Shown in pieces: positions 11,396-24,432 of a stretch of 64,000 bases of DNA. Made by a program: the position numbers and the translations under genes. The DNA comes from Octopus sinensis (lineage: Eukaryota). Where the stretch lies: assembly GCF_006345805.1 (NCBI RefSeq), contig NC_043013.1:36394001-36458000 (forward strand). Direction: 5' to 3'. Numbering within the stretch: position 1 is the first letter of the stretch; each line of letters starts with the position of its first letter. Under the pieces are notes generated by a model that had not been told where the DNA came from, made no database searches, and saw only the letters and a program-made list of their open reading frames with translations.

Positions 11396-11589
11396 CCTTG
11401 CAATCTGAGAAACATCAGCCTTCTAGTCCTCATGCTGTAGAACTGTGGTTTCCAAAGTGGCTGGTACTGCCTCTCTGGAGGCAGTGAAAATATCCAGGGG
11501 TCGTTGAAAAAAAATGGGGTGAAAATGGGTTGGTGAAAAGGAAGTGATGAATATAAAAACTACAAAATAATGAGTCAATTTTCTTGTAA

Positions 11590-11955
11590 CTTTTATCTTT
11601 TATTTGCTTCAGACATTTTACTGCAGCCATGCTGGGGCACTGCTTTGAAGGGTTTTAGTCAAAAAAATCAACCCCAGGACTTAGGTTCTATCAGTCTCCT
11701 TTTCTGAACCACTAAGTTACGGGGATGTAAACACACCAAGACCGGATGTCAAACTGTGGTGGGGGACAAACACAGACACAGAGACACGCACATAGATATA
11801 TGCATACAAACACACACACATATATATATCTATTCATGAAAGGCTTCTTTCAGTTTCCATGAATCAAATCCACTCACAAAGCTTTGGCAAGCCCAGGGCT
11901 ATAGATGAAGACACTTGCTCAAGGAGCCACTCATTGGGACTGTATCCTGTGGAAT
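11590..11955 (-). mobile_element. SINE S1, diverged
   Basis: CTGCAGCCATGCTGGGGCAC...AAATCCACTCACAAAGCTTTGG. Confidence 0.75.
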
Positions 11956-12089
11956 ACAGTTGTTTTGAATTTGCAGTAGAAAGTGGTCTATGCCTGTAGT
12001 GGTATTGAGTGAAGGGGGTAGCGCTAATAATACAACCTGGGTGCCCAGAGGAGTGGCACCCCAAGCAAGTTTGTGAAACTCTGCTGTAG

Positions 12090-12400
12090 ATCATTGGTAA
12101 ACCTATTCCATTCTGCTTCTTCCTTTCCTACCTACACTTGTCTCTTAGTTTCTCTTCTACCTACTTGGTCTACTGCTCTGCTGCCTCCACATTTTCAATT
12201 GTTCCAAGCCAGTTTTTTGTTTTTTATGACTATTTCTCTGTTACATCAGCATGTCACCTTTCGTCTGGTCAAGAATTTGTGACATCTACACATTTGGTCT
12301 TTAGTCCTCTCTTGGTTGTCTCGTAAAAAGTTCCAGTTGCCCTCTGTGTTATACATTTTGATCTCCTCTTCATTCTTGTCAAATGCTTCAGTTAGAATTT
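12090..12400 (-). mobile_element. Decayed RTE LINE ORF fragment (linker between endonuclease and RT)
   Basis: Minus frame ILTEAFDKNEEEIKM..EGNWNFLRDN...RRKVTC*CNR...KNKKLAWNN*KCGGSR...RRETKRQV resembles the RTE 'TWWWN...K.AWK.WK.GG' region. Confidence 0.6.
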
Positions 12401-12419
12401 CTGTTTGTATATGTGTATG

Positions 12420-12735
12420 TCATCATCATCATCGTTTAACGTCCACTTTCCATTCTGGCATGGGTTGGACAGTTTGACTGAGGACTGGCAAGCCAGAAAG
12501 CTGCACCAGGCTCCAATCTGATCAGGCAGAGTTTCTACAGCTGGATGCCCTTCCTAATGCCAACCACTCCAAAAGTGTAGTGGGGGCTTTTATGTTCCAC
12601 TGGCACGAGGGCCAGCAAGACATTACTGGCAACAGCCACACTCAAATGGTGTTTTTACATGTCACCTGCATAGGAGCCAGTCCAGTGACACTAGCAATGA
12701 TCATGCTCAGTTGGTGCTCTTAGCACTCCAGTAGC
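12420..12735 (-). mobile_element. RTE-type LINE 3' tail
   Basis: CATCATCGTTTAACGTCCACTTTCCATTCTGGCATGGGTTGG...CTGGATGCCCTTCCTAATGCCAACC. Confidence 0.8.
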
Positions 12736-12959
12736 ATGTGTGTATTTGTAAATGCCTACTCATACATCTATATATGTGTGTGTGTGTGCATATATATTGA
12801 TATGTGTATATATAGATATATATGTATACACACACATACATATGTTCTCTCTCACACACACATACATATATGTAAATATTTATATATATGTTTGGGTCAT
12901 AGATTAATTCTGCTTCTGCTAATAACCAACCCACTTGATAGCTAGATAGATAGGTAAGA

Positions 12960-13901
12960 TATAGGCAACTAGATAGATAGATAGACAGATATGAATATAT
13001 GTATATAATAAATATATGTATATATATATATAATATATATAATATATATATATATATATATTATATAAATAATATATATATTATATATATATTATATATA
13101 TATATATTATATTATATATATACATAATATATATATATATATTACAATATATATATATATATACAAATATATATATTATATATATATATATTATATATTA
13201 TATGCACCACACACCACACACACACGTAGTTGATGTATATACAGATATATATATATATATGTGTAGTTCATCATATGCCAACATGAACTTGGGCATTAAA
13301 GGATGATGATGATGATGATTAATAGAGAAGAGAGAGAGAGGGAGGTGCGGGAAAATAACATGGACAGACATAGAAAGAGGAAGAGAGATAAGGAAAAAAG
13401 AAAGAAAGATAAATAAACAGAGATATATATATTTGCAATCATATGGTATTAAGGCATGTATACTGAGAATTAGACCGGCAGCATTGATAGCCTCTGCTGT
13501 CTTCTGCAAAAATCAATTTTTAAAATAAATATATAGAATAACTTCGAATATCTCTTATATTAGAATGCATGAACGTAACTGAAAATAGCGTAAAAATATA
13601 GAGTGAAATAGAATTTACAAGTAAATTTAAAACACTTAAAAATAGAAATTGAACTCAGAGGTAAAAACTTAAGAATATTGATGTACATACATACTTATAT
13701 ATTATATATATATATATATCTATATATATATATATATTATATATATAATATATCTATATGTTTGTATGTATATGTATATATATAATATATATAATATATA
13801 TATATAATACACACACGTATACATATATATATATCTGTATATGTATATATGTATATGTATATATATATATAATTTCAGATCTATATATATGTATATATAT
13901 C

Positions 13902-13933
<32 letters not shown>

Positions 13934-14083
13934 TAATTTCAGATCTATATATGTATACATATATATATTATATATATATATATAAATATTTATATATATA
14001 TAAACAAAAACATATATAAAGATCCATACATATACATATACATAGACAAATATATATATATGTATTTATGTATATATTTTGTA

Positions 14084-14142
<59 letters not shown>

Positions 14143-14319
14143 ATACATGTATATATGTATATATAAGTATTATAGGTGTGCATGTTGTATATCTATGTAT
14201 TTGTGTGTTTGTGTATGTGGTGTGTATAGATATATACACATATATACATACATATATATATACACATATATACATATATAAATATATATAATATAGTGTG
14301 TGTGTGTGTACATATATGT

Positions 14320-14350
<31 letters not shown>
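12960..14350. repeat. Long (TA)n-dominated microsatellite field
   Basis: Directly visible. Confidence 0.9.
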
Positions 14351-14356
<6 letters not shown>

Positions 14357-14774
14357 GAATAAATAAAGAGATAAACAGAAAGCAAATATGTAATTTAAAA
14401 ATTTGGAATAAAAAAATTGAAATTAGGAAAAAAAAATATGTAATGAAAAATTAAAAATAAATTCTAAATTTAAAAAAAAAGAATGAAACTGATAAAAAGA
14501 GAAAAATATATTTAACTTTAATGAAATGTATGACGAGGAAATTATTTGAAAATATATATTTAAAATAAAGAACCATTTGTTTTGTCTGCAGAGTAATAAA
14601 TCCGTGAAATCCAAAATTAGAGGAAACTGGTGAGGTAATTCTTCATCATCGTCATCATCATCATTGCCATCATCATCATCGTCATCATCATCATCATCAC
14701 CATCATCATCATCGTTGTCGTCATCGTCATCGTCATCATCATCATCATCATCATAATCATCATCATCATCATTA

Positions 14775-15030
14775 TCATCATTCAACGTCCATCTTCCATG
14801 TTGGAATGTGTTGGAGCTAGCAAGTCAAAACCCAGCACCACTTTCTGAATTGGCAAGGTTTTGTTTTTTTATTTTTTTTTATTGGCTCGATGTCCTTCCT
14901 GATGCTAACCACTTTACAGTGGGGACTAGGTGTTTTTTTATACTTGGTACCAGCACTGGTGAGGTCAGATTTTTTGCCATGGTTTTCATTGGCTGGTTGC
15001 CCTTCCAAATGCCAACCACTTCAGATTGAA
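14775..15030 (-). mobile_element. Diverged RTE-type LINE 3' tail
   Basis: TTCAACGTCCATCTTCCATGTTGG...GATGTCCTTCCTGATGCTAACCACTT. Confidence 0.65.
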
Positions 15031-15242
15031 CTGGACATTACAATCATCATTGCCATCTTCTTCCTCCTGCTCTTCTTCCTGCTCTTCCTCATCCTCCCCA
15101 TGATCCTCATCATTGCCATCATTGTCATTATCATAATCATCATCCTCATCATCATCATCCTCCTCCTCCTCCTCATCATCATCATCATCATTACCATCAT
15201 CATTGTCGACATCATTGCCATCACTGTCTCCATCATCTCGCT

Positions 15243-15503
15243 AGTTTGCTCAGCAGAGAGTTCTAAGTTGGCTCAGTAGAGATTCTCTAGTTGGCTCAGT
15301 GAAGACATCCTACGTGGGTCTCTGTAGAGTCAACTGTTGGCTCAGCAAAGCCTCCCTTGTTGGCTCAGTAAAACGTCCATGGCTGGTTTAATAGACTCTC
15401 ACCTATGGTCTCATAGACTGCCTTAACTGGCCAAGTAAAGGTACCCTAGTTGACTCAGTAGAGACTCTGTCAGCTCAAGTTTCACTCACTAAACTTGAGT
15501 TGA
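15243..15503 (+). repeat. Degenerate 23-bp minisatellite (about 10 units) ending in a 13-bp hairpin
   Basis: Core AGTTGGCTCAGTAGAG recurs at about 15243, 15266, 15289, 15313, 15335, 15358, 15381, 15403, 15425 and 15448; then TCAGCTCAAGTTT/AAACTTGAGTTGA. Confidence 0.75.
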
Positions 15504-16444
15504 CCTGAAGTCATGCTAGATGACACCCAACCAAGATGACACACAATGGGACCAACATTGGAATTTCATGGTTGTGAAAAGATCTCAACTATTCAACCAT
15601 GCTGCGTCCACACACATGCACACACACACACTCACACACACTCGCATGTGCACACATGCACTGAGACATACACACACATTCACGCACACATATGCACACA
15701 CACACATACACAAGCACAAACACACACACATACACACATACACACAAACACTTGTATATGCACGTACACATGTAACCAATCTCTTTCACCATGTGCCAAC
15801 ACAACAAAATAATTCTAGATAAAAACAGACAAAATAAAATAAAATAAAATAAAATAAAAATTTTAAAACCCCACCACCCCCACCCAAACCACAACATCTC
15901 TTCAAATTCCTGCATACCACCATACTTCTTCCACCTTTCTACCCATCAAATAAAATGTATAATAGAAATAAATAGAAGAAAAGGGTGGAATAAGGGTGGG
16001 AGGAAAAGCAGACTGATGTGTTTTATTGCTGGGGTGGGTGGGTGGGTGGGAAGAAAAATAGTGAGACAGGAGCAAGCAGATTAGGGGAAAGTGAGAAGGC
16101 TGAGGAAACATTTTGTTCCTGTGCTCTGTCAGACTGCTCCTCTCCCTTCTACCTCCTCTCCGGTTCCTTGTTAATCTCTGAACAAATAAATACAGCTCCC
16201 TACTCTTGCCAGAAACAAAAATAAATATATAACTGTTATACCCCTTTTTCTTATATCTAAAGTACAAACAAGCTATAGATTCTTTTTACCTTTTGCTGAC
16301 TTTGGGTACAAGAAATACTTCTTGCTCTTGCCCTCATGCCACCCTCATCCTTGTCATTATCACCTTAACCCTTACCCTAACCTTAAACTTAACCCTAACC
16401 TCTAAGTCTAGCCAACACACACCAACTTTCTTTATAGATAAATA

Positions 16445-16689
16445 TTCCTGTATTCTTTTACTTGTTTCACTCACTTTTCATGGTGACCATGCTGGAGAAC
16501 CACCCTCAAGGGTTTTAGTCAAAGAAATCGCCCACAGGGCTTCTTCTTTGTAAGCTTAGTACTTATTCTATTGATCTCTTTTGCCAAACCGCTAAGCTAC
16601 AGGGACATAAACGCACTGGCATTGGTTGTCAAGCGAAGGTGGGGCACAGACACAAATGCACACACAAATATATACATCTCTCTCTCTCC

Positions 16690-16700
<11 letters not shown>
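16445..16700 (-). mobile_element. SINE S1, 3' half
   Basis: CTTTTACTTGTTTC...CCATGCTGGAG...GCCAAACCGCTAAG. Confidence 0.8.
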
Positions 16701-16741
<41 letters not shown>

Positions 16742-16873
16742 TTTTTTAAATGTCTTACTTTGAAAAATTGCATTCGGTGGGATTAGTATATTTTTGGTAG
16801 AAATGACTAATTGTCCCTCTTAGCGTGTGGCATGTATGTATAATGCCTTCTGGCATGTATGTATAATGCCCTC

Positions 16874-16980
<107 letters not shown>

Positions 16981-16995
16981 TATAGATAGATAGAT

Positions 16996-17029
<34 letters not shown>

Positions 17030-17039
17030 TTGCCATGAT

Positions 17040-17225
17040 TAATTGCTAAATCCACAATTTTTTTTATTCTCACTCTGTTTATTTCCACATATTCTTTTCT
17101 GTTGAAGAGCACAGGCTCGAAATGTGAAAGCCTTTCTCACTTTCCTGCGAATCAAAGTAATACACCTGCTTGTTGTTCACACACATATCTTCATCTTTTG
17201 TTTTTTATGTAAATTTCAACTATAC
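17040..17225 (+). mobile_element. Family D element, decayed hammerhead-like fold at 17095-17130
   Basis: TTTT CTGTTGA A GAGC ACAG GCTC GAAA TGT G AAAG; same tail (…AAATTTCAACTATA) as the 8.0-kb copy. Confidence 0.7.
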
Positions 17226-17824
17226 CTATATTATATATATATATCTATATAATATATATATATATATATATATTTCTGTGTGAGTTAGAGGTTGGGAAAC
17301 CAACCAAGGGATAGTATCTAGCCAATATGCTGCTGTTAGTGTACTGAACTATTCATGCCCAGGTGCTAGTTATTGTGTGGCAAGCTTGCAATTGAGTGTC
17401 ATATATGGGCTGGGGTAAAAAGTGGTTTACCCTTGATTTATATGGCAGGTAAGAAAGTAGAGAAGATACAAAATGGACAGACATCAGCCAGAATGTTTAT
17501 ATATATGTGAGTCTTCCAGAGTAGCTTTCTCTCCATAACTTACAAATTTTGTTTACGTATGTTATATGTAGTATTAGACAGTTTAAGAATATATCAACTA
17601 AATTTGACTAATATTGATGGCTGAGCATTTGGCCCAATCGGATCCACAAGAAGCCAGGTTAGCATTGATTTGTGGATTCGATTCTGGCTGGGGTTAGCTC
17701 ATCATTTTTCAGTCATTTGTTGATACTAAAAAATTGTCACTTCAAATAGGAGAATAAAATATTATATATATATGTGTGTGTGTGTGTGTATGCATGTATG
17801 TATGTATGTATATATTTGTGTGCG

Positions 17825-18040
17825 TGTATCTGTGTTTGTCCCCATCACCATTGCTTGACAACTGCTGCTGGTTCCTTTATGTCCCTGTGGCTTAGCCATT
17901 TGGTAAAAGAGACCAATAGAATAAGTACTAGGCTTATAAAGAATAAGTCCTGGGGTTGATATTTTTGACTAGCACCCTCTAATGTGGTGCTCCAGCATGG
18001 CCACTGCCAAATGACTGAAACAAGTAAAACAATAAAAGAA
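17825..18040 (+). mobile_element. SINE S1, 3' half
   Basis: Matches the S1 body and tail. Confidence 0.8.
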
Positions 18041-20808
18041 TAAGAAATTAAATAAATGACAAAGTAACAGGAAATTATACAGTGCACTTCATTAGCTTAC
18101 AGCTGTTTCTGCTGCCGCTGCAGTTCACTCCTAACAGAGTGTTGTGCATTGCCAGATTATCAGTATCCCATGCCTAAGCAGGCCACTGATTGAAACAAGT
18201 AAAGGAATATAAGAATAATATATTTATTTACAAAGCAGATTGTGGTGTTTCTGGTTTTGCAATATCTCAGAAAACCTGGCAGGGTGGGTGGTCACAATTG
18301 GAAAGCATTTGATTACAAGTTCTGCATTTTCAAAGTTTATTTGGAGGTCTAACTATAACAACAATAACAACAACAACAACTATACTGCTAGAATTACTTA
18401 ACCTACCACTATTACCAAATGTACTAAAACTACCACTACCACCACCACCACCACCACCACCACTGCCACCACCACCACCACCTCCATCATCATCACCACT
18501 GACACAGCAGACACCACCATCATTGCCACAACTACCACCTCCACCAATGTCATCACACTATCAACAACACTCTCCCCACCATCACAACCACTATCTCCGA
18601 CACCACCACCATCACCACCAGCACCACTGTCATTGTCACCATGACCATGGCTGCAATGACGATGACCACCACGACCATCACAACCATCAACACCACAATC
18701 AACGCTATCACCTCCACATCACTGGCAGCAGAGCTACCTCCACCACTACCATCACCATTACAACCCCCACCCCCACCACCACTACCACTATCACAACCAT
18801 GACGATGATGACTACCACTACCACCACTGTTATCACCACCAACAACAACAGCACCCCCATTATCTCCATCACCACCATCACCACCATCACCACTACTATC
18901 ACTACCATTACCAACACTATCACCACTACTATCACTACCACTACCAACACCACCATTACCTCCGCTGCTACCACCACCACCACCACCAGTACCTTTAGGC
19001 CCGCCATTTTGCTATAAAATTTGTTAATCACGGCAAAATTAATGAAGGTTATATGGGGTCAGTTAATATGATGACCACAGGACAGTATAAGGTATGGCTT
19101 AACATAGTGGTCAGTGAAGGTAGTGTTGGGGGGGTAGGCGGATGGGTGGAGTGAGGAGTTGGGGGGTGGGGGTGAGAGAGAGTTTAGGGTGACGGAAGCT
19201 ATAGTCGAGGATGATATGGAGTGGAGGGTGGGAGGGTCATTAGGTGGAGTGTGGAGGAGGTGCTGGTCATTTAGATGGCTTGAGTGTATGTGTGTGTGTG
19301 TGTGTGTGTATGGTCAGTTGAATGAAAATGTCTGTGTGTGTGATTAACTGTCCAAAGAGTAGACAATGTGTGTGTACAGTGTGTGCGTGTGTTTAATGGT
19401 CAATTAATAATTAGTGTATGCATATGTATACATATATATATGTGTGTATGAGTGTGTGTGTGTGTGCGTTTCTGTCTGTGTGAATGTGGTCACTCTAGCT
19501 TGAAGTCATATTTTAGGGAATGTAGATAAGTGTGAATGGTTTCTTTATTGAGTATGCGTATGTGTGTGTATGTGTGTATAGTTGTCTATACATCTATATT
19601 TACCTATTGGCTTATATACGTTTATATATATTTATGTATATTATTTATGTAGTATATGTGTATAGGAACATATGTATAGATATAGATGCATACACACACA
19701 TACGCACATACACACGTATATATATATTCAAGTAAATTCATTAAAATTGACTTGAATCTTTATTGCTTTTTGTATATATATATATATATATATATTGCAT
19801 AATCTAATATATATGTATAAATAATATGTATATATATAAATATATATGTATATATGTATGTGTGTGCATACATAAATCACGATACACACACATACATATA
19901 TATATATATACATACATATACATTTACATATATACATGAATGTATATATATATATATATATGCATATATATATATATATCTATATATCTATCTATCTATC
20001 TATATCTATATATATATATATACACACACACACATATATATAAGTATCTATATCTTTATGTATGTGAGCAAAAGAGAAAGCAGCGGGCAAGATAGAAACA
20101 GACAGAGAGAGATGAGAGACAGCCAGAGGGAGAGCGGGTAAGTAAAAGAGAGAGGGGTTATGCACGCATGCATGTGTGTGTGTGTGTTTGTGTATGTGTG
20201 TGTGTGTGTGTGTTTGTGTGTGTGTGTGAAAGAAATCGGAGTAATTAACGTCAGAATTGTCTGCTAATTATGACAACCATTTAGTGCCACTTAGAGTAAA
20301 TGACTTGATTATTATGTAACCTTTGACCTTCCTAATCTTTGATTTACATCCAGCCTGAAAATTGCAATTTTATTTTTGGTAACTAATTTCTCGTGAAGCC
20401 ATTTTAGTCAAATTATTTACCATGGCAGAGAACTGAAGGGAAGAAGGGGTTTACTCCTTAAGCCAAAATAAATGATTGTTAGAAAGAAATTATTATTTGA
20501 ACTAAGGGTTGGAAATGTTAGGAGTTTTGGGGGTTGTTATTTTATTGTTTTATTTCTAAGTGTTAGGGATGCTAATTTTTCATTTTGCAGTTCAATTTCT
20601 TGGTTCTGATAAAGCTGATTCATCCATAATCAAAGGCATTCCAGCCATGACCTTCTCTTCCTTTCTCTCTCTGTCTCTCTCTTGCTTTCTGTTTTAGGTT
20701 CAGCTGTCACATTGCATGGCACCTTGGGCAAGTGTTCCTAGGTTGGCCAATGCCTTGTGAGTGAATTTGGTTGACAAACTGTGTGCAAGCATATAGCATG
20801 TGTGTGTG

Positions 20809-20857
<49 letters not shown>

Positions 20858-21023
20858 TTACCCCGTCCTTTGAGATCTGATGTTGGTTTGTTACATCCTT
20901 GTAACCTAGCAGTTTGGCAAAAGAGATTGAAAGAATTTATTTATGCACAATTAGGATAAAGTCATTAATTAATGATTTATCAGTGACCAGCATACAAAGA
21001 ACCATAGATGGGTTAAATTAACA

Positions 21024-21313
21024 TTTAAAGTATAATTGTAAAAATATAATTATAATTAAGGGTACTTGAGGGACAGCACCTGTACACTAGAAATAGATGT
21101 CAAATGATTACAAACCACTTAAAGCAATTTTAGTATTGCAAAACATGATATTTTAAATAAATCCTTTCTGTCCATTTCCCTCACATACAGCCTTGTGTTA
21201 AATAGAGTGCTAACTGATGTGCTTTGTAGTTGTTTGACATCTATTTCTAGTGCACAGGCACTGTCCCTTCAGTGCCCTTAATTATAATCATATTTTTATA
21301 ATTATACTTTAAA
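21024..21313. mobile_element. Palindromic MITE-like element with ~90-bp inverted arms
   Basis: TTTAAAGTATAATTGTAAAAATAT...GATGTCAAA pairs with TTTGACATC...ATTATACTTTAAA at roughly 90% identity. Confidence 0.8.
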
Positions 21314-21318
21314 TATAA

Positions 21319-21353
<35 letters not shown>

Positions 21354-21568
21354 TTATGAGAGGTAATGGTGTCAATGAGACCCAAAGGTGTCAAGTAATG
21401 CTGAATAAGTGCTATGAATAGACCATAGTTAAGTTCCAGGTTTGGTGATTATGTGAATAAGGGGTCCAACGTAGGTCATGTATCAGCGTGTGTATATAAA
21501 AAATTTTTTTTCCATAATGAGATAAAAGACCAAGGCTGTGCAGATTTTAGAACATTTATAAATAGAAG

Positions 21569-21616
21569 GTCTTACAGCCGTTTCCAGGATACTTATTATA
21601 CCTCTTCATCGGAGAC
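21569..21616 (-). ncRNA. Decayed second copy of the family A hammerhead
   Basis: Minus strand: GTCT CCGATGA AGAGGTATAATAAGTATCCTG GAAA C GGCT GT A AGAC; flanks homologous to 9700-9850. Confidence 0.6.
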
Positions 21617-22399
21617 AGTGTGAGAGAATGGTTAAGCAATAGTTAATTTAGATAAGATACGAAATTGATAATGACTGCACTTGTAGTTTCCCATATTTTT
21701 TTTCAAGCTGAGTTTTGATGTTGAGAGGCCCCTAATTTTCCTACATTCTGTACACAGACATTGCTATGAAATTTCCTTGTTTGGTGCTCATCTTCCAGTT
21801 TTTCAGTTCCAAAACTTCATCGTTTGAATACTTTCCAGATGTGATTATACAATATATTTTTTTAACACTTTGCTACAGAAATTTCAGGTCCGAAAGGATG
21901 AAAGGCAAAGTCGACCTCTATTATAGAAAGGATTATTTTAAGAGTCTTGTGGATTGCAGGGCCCCTCAGCCATAATTTATTTAACTTATACCAAGATCCA
22001 GCAGAGAGCTCCGATGTCAGTGTTCCTTCTCCTCCTCTTTCTTCCTTCTCCTCCTCTTTCTTCTTTTCTTCCTTCTCCTCTTCTTTCTTCCTTCTCCTCC
22101 TCTTTCTTCTTCCTCCTCTTTTCTTCCTTCTCCTCCTTCCTTCTTCTTCTTCCTCCACTTCCACCTCCTCCTCCTCCATATTAATGCCTCCTCCTCCTCC
22201 ACCCCACCTCCTCCTTCTTGCAGTTTATCTCCTCCTCCCCTTACCCTCTACATCTTCATACTCCTCCACCTCCTTGTGCTCCTCTTTGGCCTCCTCCTCC
22301 TCCTCCTCTTTGGTAAACATTAACAACAACACTGTATTACTACTTATCCAAGAAGGTGACCACTCCCTCGTCCCGCTCCTGGCTGAATCATTAGCATGC

Positions 22400-22990
22400 T
22401 AGGCAAAATGCTTAACACCATTGCTTCTGGTTGTTTACATTCTAAGTAAAATTTCCACCATGGTAAGATTAACCACGGGGGAAATACTTTTCGTCCTTTT
22501 GGTGGAGGAGGGGAGGGTTAATATAATAAATACCAATAGAGCACAGGGTCAATTTACTCACCTAATTCCTCCCCTAAAATTGTTGGTTCTGTACCAAAAC
22601 TTAGAACCGTTATTACTTAGTGGAAGATGGTGAGCTGACGGAATTGTTAACAGCATTTCATCCATCTTCACATTCTGAGTTCAAAAATTCCGCTGAGGTT
22701 GACATTACCTTTCATCCTTTTGGGGTCGATAAATAAAGTACCAGTTGAGCACTGGGGGAGGGGGTTGGCAATGAAATCGATAATACCCCCTCCACAAAAT
22801 TTCAGGCCTTGTGCTTATTGTAGAAAGGATTATTTCTTTGTGGAAGAAGGCAGCAAGCTAGCAGAAGAATCCTTAACGTGCCTGGAAAAATAACAGCATG
22901 TCTTCCAGCTTTACGTTCTGAGTTCAACTGCTGCCTAGGCTGATCTTACCTTTCATCATTTTGGGGTTGATGAAATATGTATCAGTTGAT
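22400..22990 (+). mobile_element. Cluster of three SINE S2 copies (the last truncated by S1)
   Basis: Repeated ...CTGAGTTCAAA...CCTTTCATCCTTTTGGGGTCGATAAATAAAGTACCAG motifs. Confidence 0.7.
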
Positions 22991-22998
22991 CACTGGTT

Positions 22999-23405
22999 GG
23001 AGTGGCTGTGTGGTAAGTAGCTTGCTAACCAACCACATGGTTCTGGGTTCAGTCCCACTGCGTGGCATCTTGGGCAAGTGTCTTCTGCTATAGCCCCGGG
23101 CCAACCAATGCCTTGTGAGTGGATTTGGTAGACGGAAACTGAAAGAAGCCTGTCGTATATATTTATATGTATGTATATATGTGTATGTGTGTGTGTTTGT
23201 GTGTTTGTCCCCCTAGCATTGCTTGACAACCGATGCTGGTGTTTTTACGTCCTCGTCACTTAGCGGTTCGGCAAAAGAGACCGATAGAATAAGTACTGGG
23301 CTTACAAAGAATAAGTCCCGGGGTCGAGTTGCTCAACTAAAGGCGGTGCTCCAGCATGGCCGCAGTCAAATGACTGAAACAAATAAAAGAGTAAGAGTAA
23401 AGAGT
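22999..23405 (+). mobile_element. SINE S1, full length
   Basis: GGAGTGGCTGTGTGGTAAG head, GGGTTCAGTCCC B box, internal (TA)(TG)n, AAAAGAGT tail. Confidence 0.9.
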
Positions 23406-23449
23406 AACTGTTACCTTTTCAAGTCATGTCGACCCATAATGACCGGTTT

Positions 23450-23657
23450 CCTGGTTTCTATGGCGTATATAATCCCCACCTGGATGTGATGCTAGTTTAT
23501 TGCGGGATTACTCATTTTTGCCAGCTGAGGGGACTGAAGCAACGTGAAATAAAGTGTTTTACTCAAGAACATAATGCATCACCCAGTCCAAGAATCGAAA
23601 CCATGATTTTATGGTCATGAGTCCAACACCCTAACCACTAAGCCATGAATCTCCACA
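23450..23657 (-). mobile_element. SINE S4
   Basis: Ends CCCTAACCACTAAGCCATGAATCTCC, the reverse of the S4 head. Confidence 0.8.
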
Positions 23658-23792
23658 GCTGAGCACTGGGGTCAGTGTAATTGACTGGCCCCATCCCCAC
23701 AAATTTATGGCCTTGTGGATGCAAAAGAATTATTACTAAATGGAACAGAAGCAAATTTATATTTTACTTCTATTTATTCATTTATTATTATT

Positions 23793-23842
<50 letters not shown>

Positions 23843-23865
23843 AATTATTATTATTATTATTATTG

Positions 23866-23897
<32 letters not shown>

Positions 23898-23898
23898 G

Positions 23899-24432
23899 AG
23901 AGTGAGCAGTGCATTCCATCAAAGTGATATTGAGGTAAAATATACGAAGCCCAGTATACCCATCATGACTACTTGTCTGATAAGGGCACACCAGGCACAT
24001 GTATCACAACCATATGTGCACGATATGGTGATTTTATATCAAGGAAAACAACAGCGCATGACCTTGCAGGTGGGGCCCAGTTAGAATTTTCTTCTGGTTT
24101 AGTAGCCCATCCCACTCAAAAAGTTCCTGAATAAGGCTTTGTTTAAGGATATTGAATGAAACCCTCATGTTTCCAGAGGTGAATTATTCAAACCCCAAAG
24201 AATTCCTCTCAACTACTTCTGCTCATGATCAGAGATGCACATATTGTCAGCCACTAAGAGACATGCTCAACTGGTTATGGTCAAACAACTGACAAGCAAA
24301 TCTGTGGTATTGAGCAGAATATTTGCTGTAGCCCATCTTTTATGCCAAGACAAAACAATGTACATGATAACACTTCCAATCAGTTAAGATCAGAAGCCAT
24401 GAGAGCCATTGCCTGGTATTGCATCAGAGCAT
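23899..24432. mobile_element. ~530-bp non-coding insert between (ATT)n/(ATC)n tracts, probable interspersed repeat
   Basis: Sharp boundaries in trinucleotide tracts; resembles an octopus repeat from memory, but only one copy in the window. Confidence 0.4.

Noticed and set aside
13470-13509. Seventh hammerhead family (minus: TTG CAGAAGA CAGCA..TGCTG CCGGTC TAA)
   Set aside because: Stem II and stem I fit, but GAAA is absent and U4 is A; single copy, so it cannot be separated from chance.
15243-15503. CRISPR array
   Set aside because: Eukaryotic context, units only 23 bp in total, linkers still homologous to each other, and no cas genes.
16365-16401. Interstitial telomeric repeat (TAACCC)n
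   Set aside because: About six units, mostly degenerate, continuous with other hexamer low-complexity sequence.
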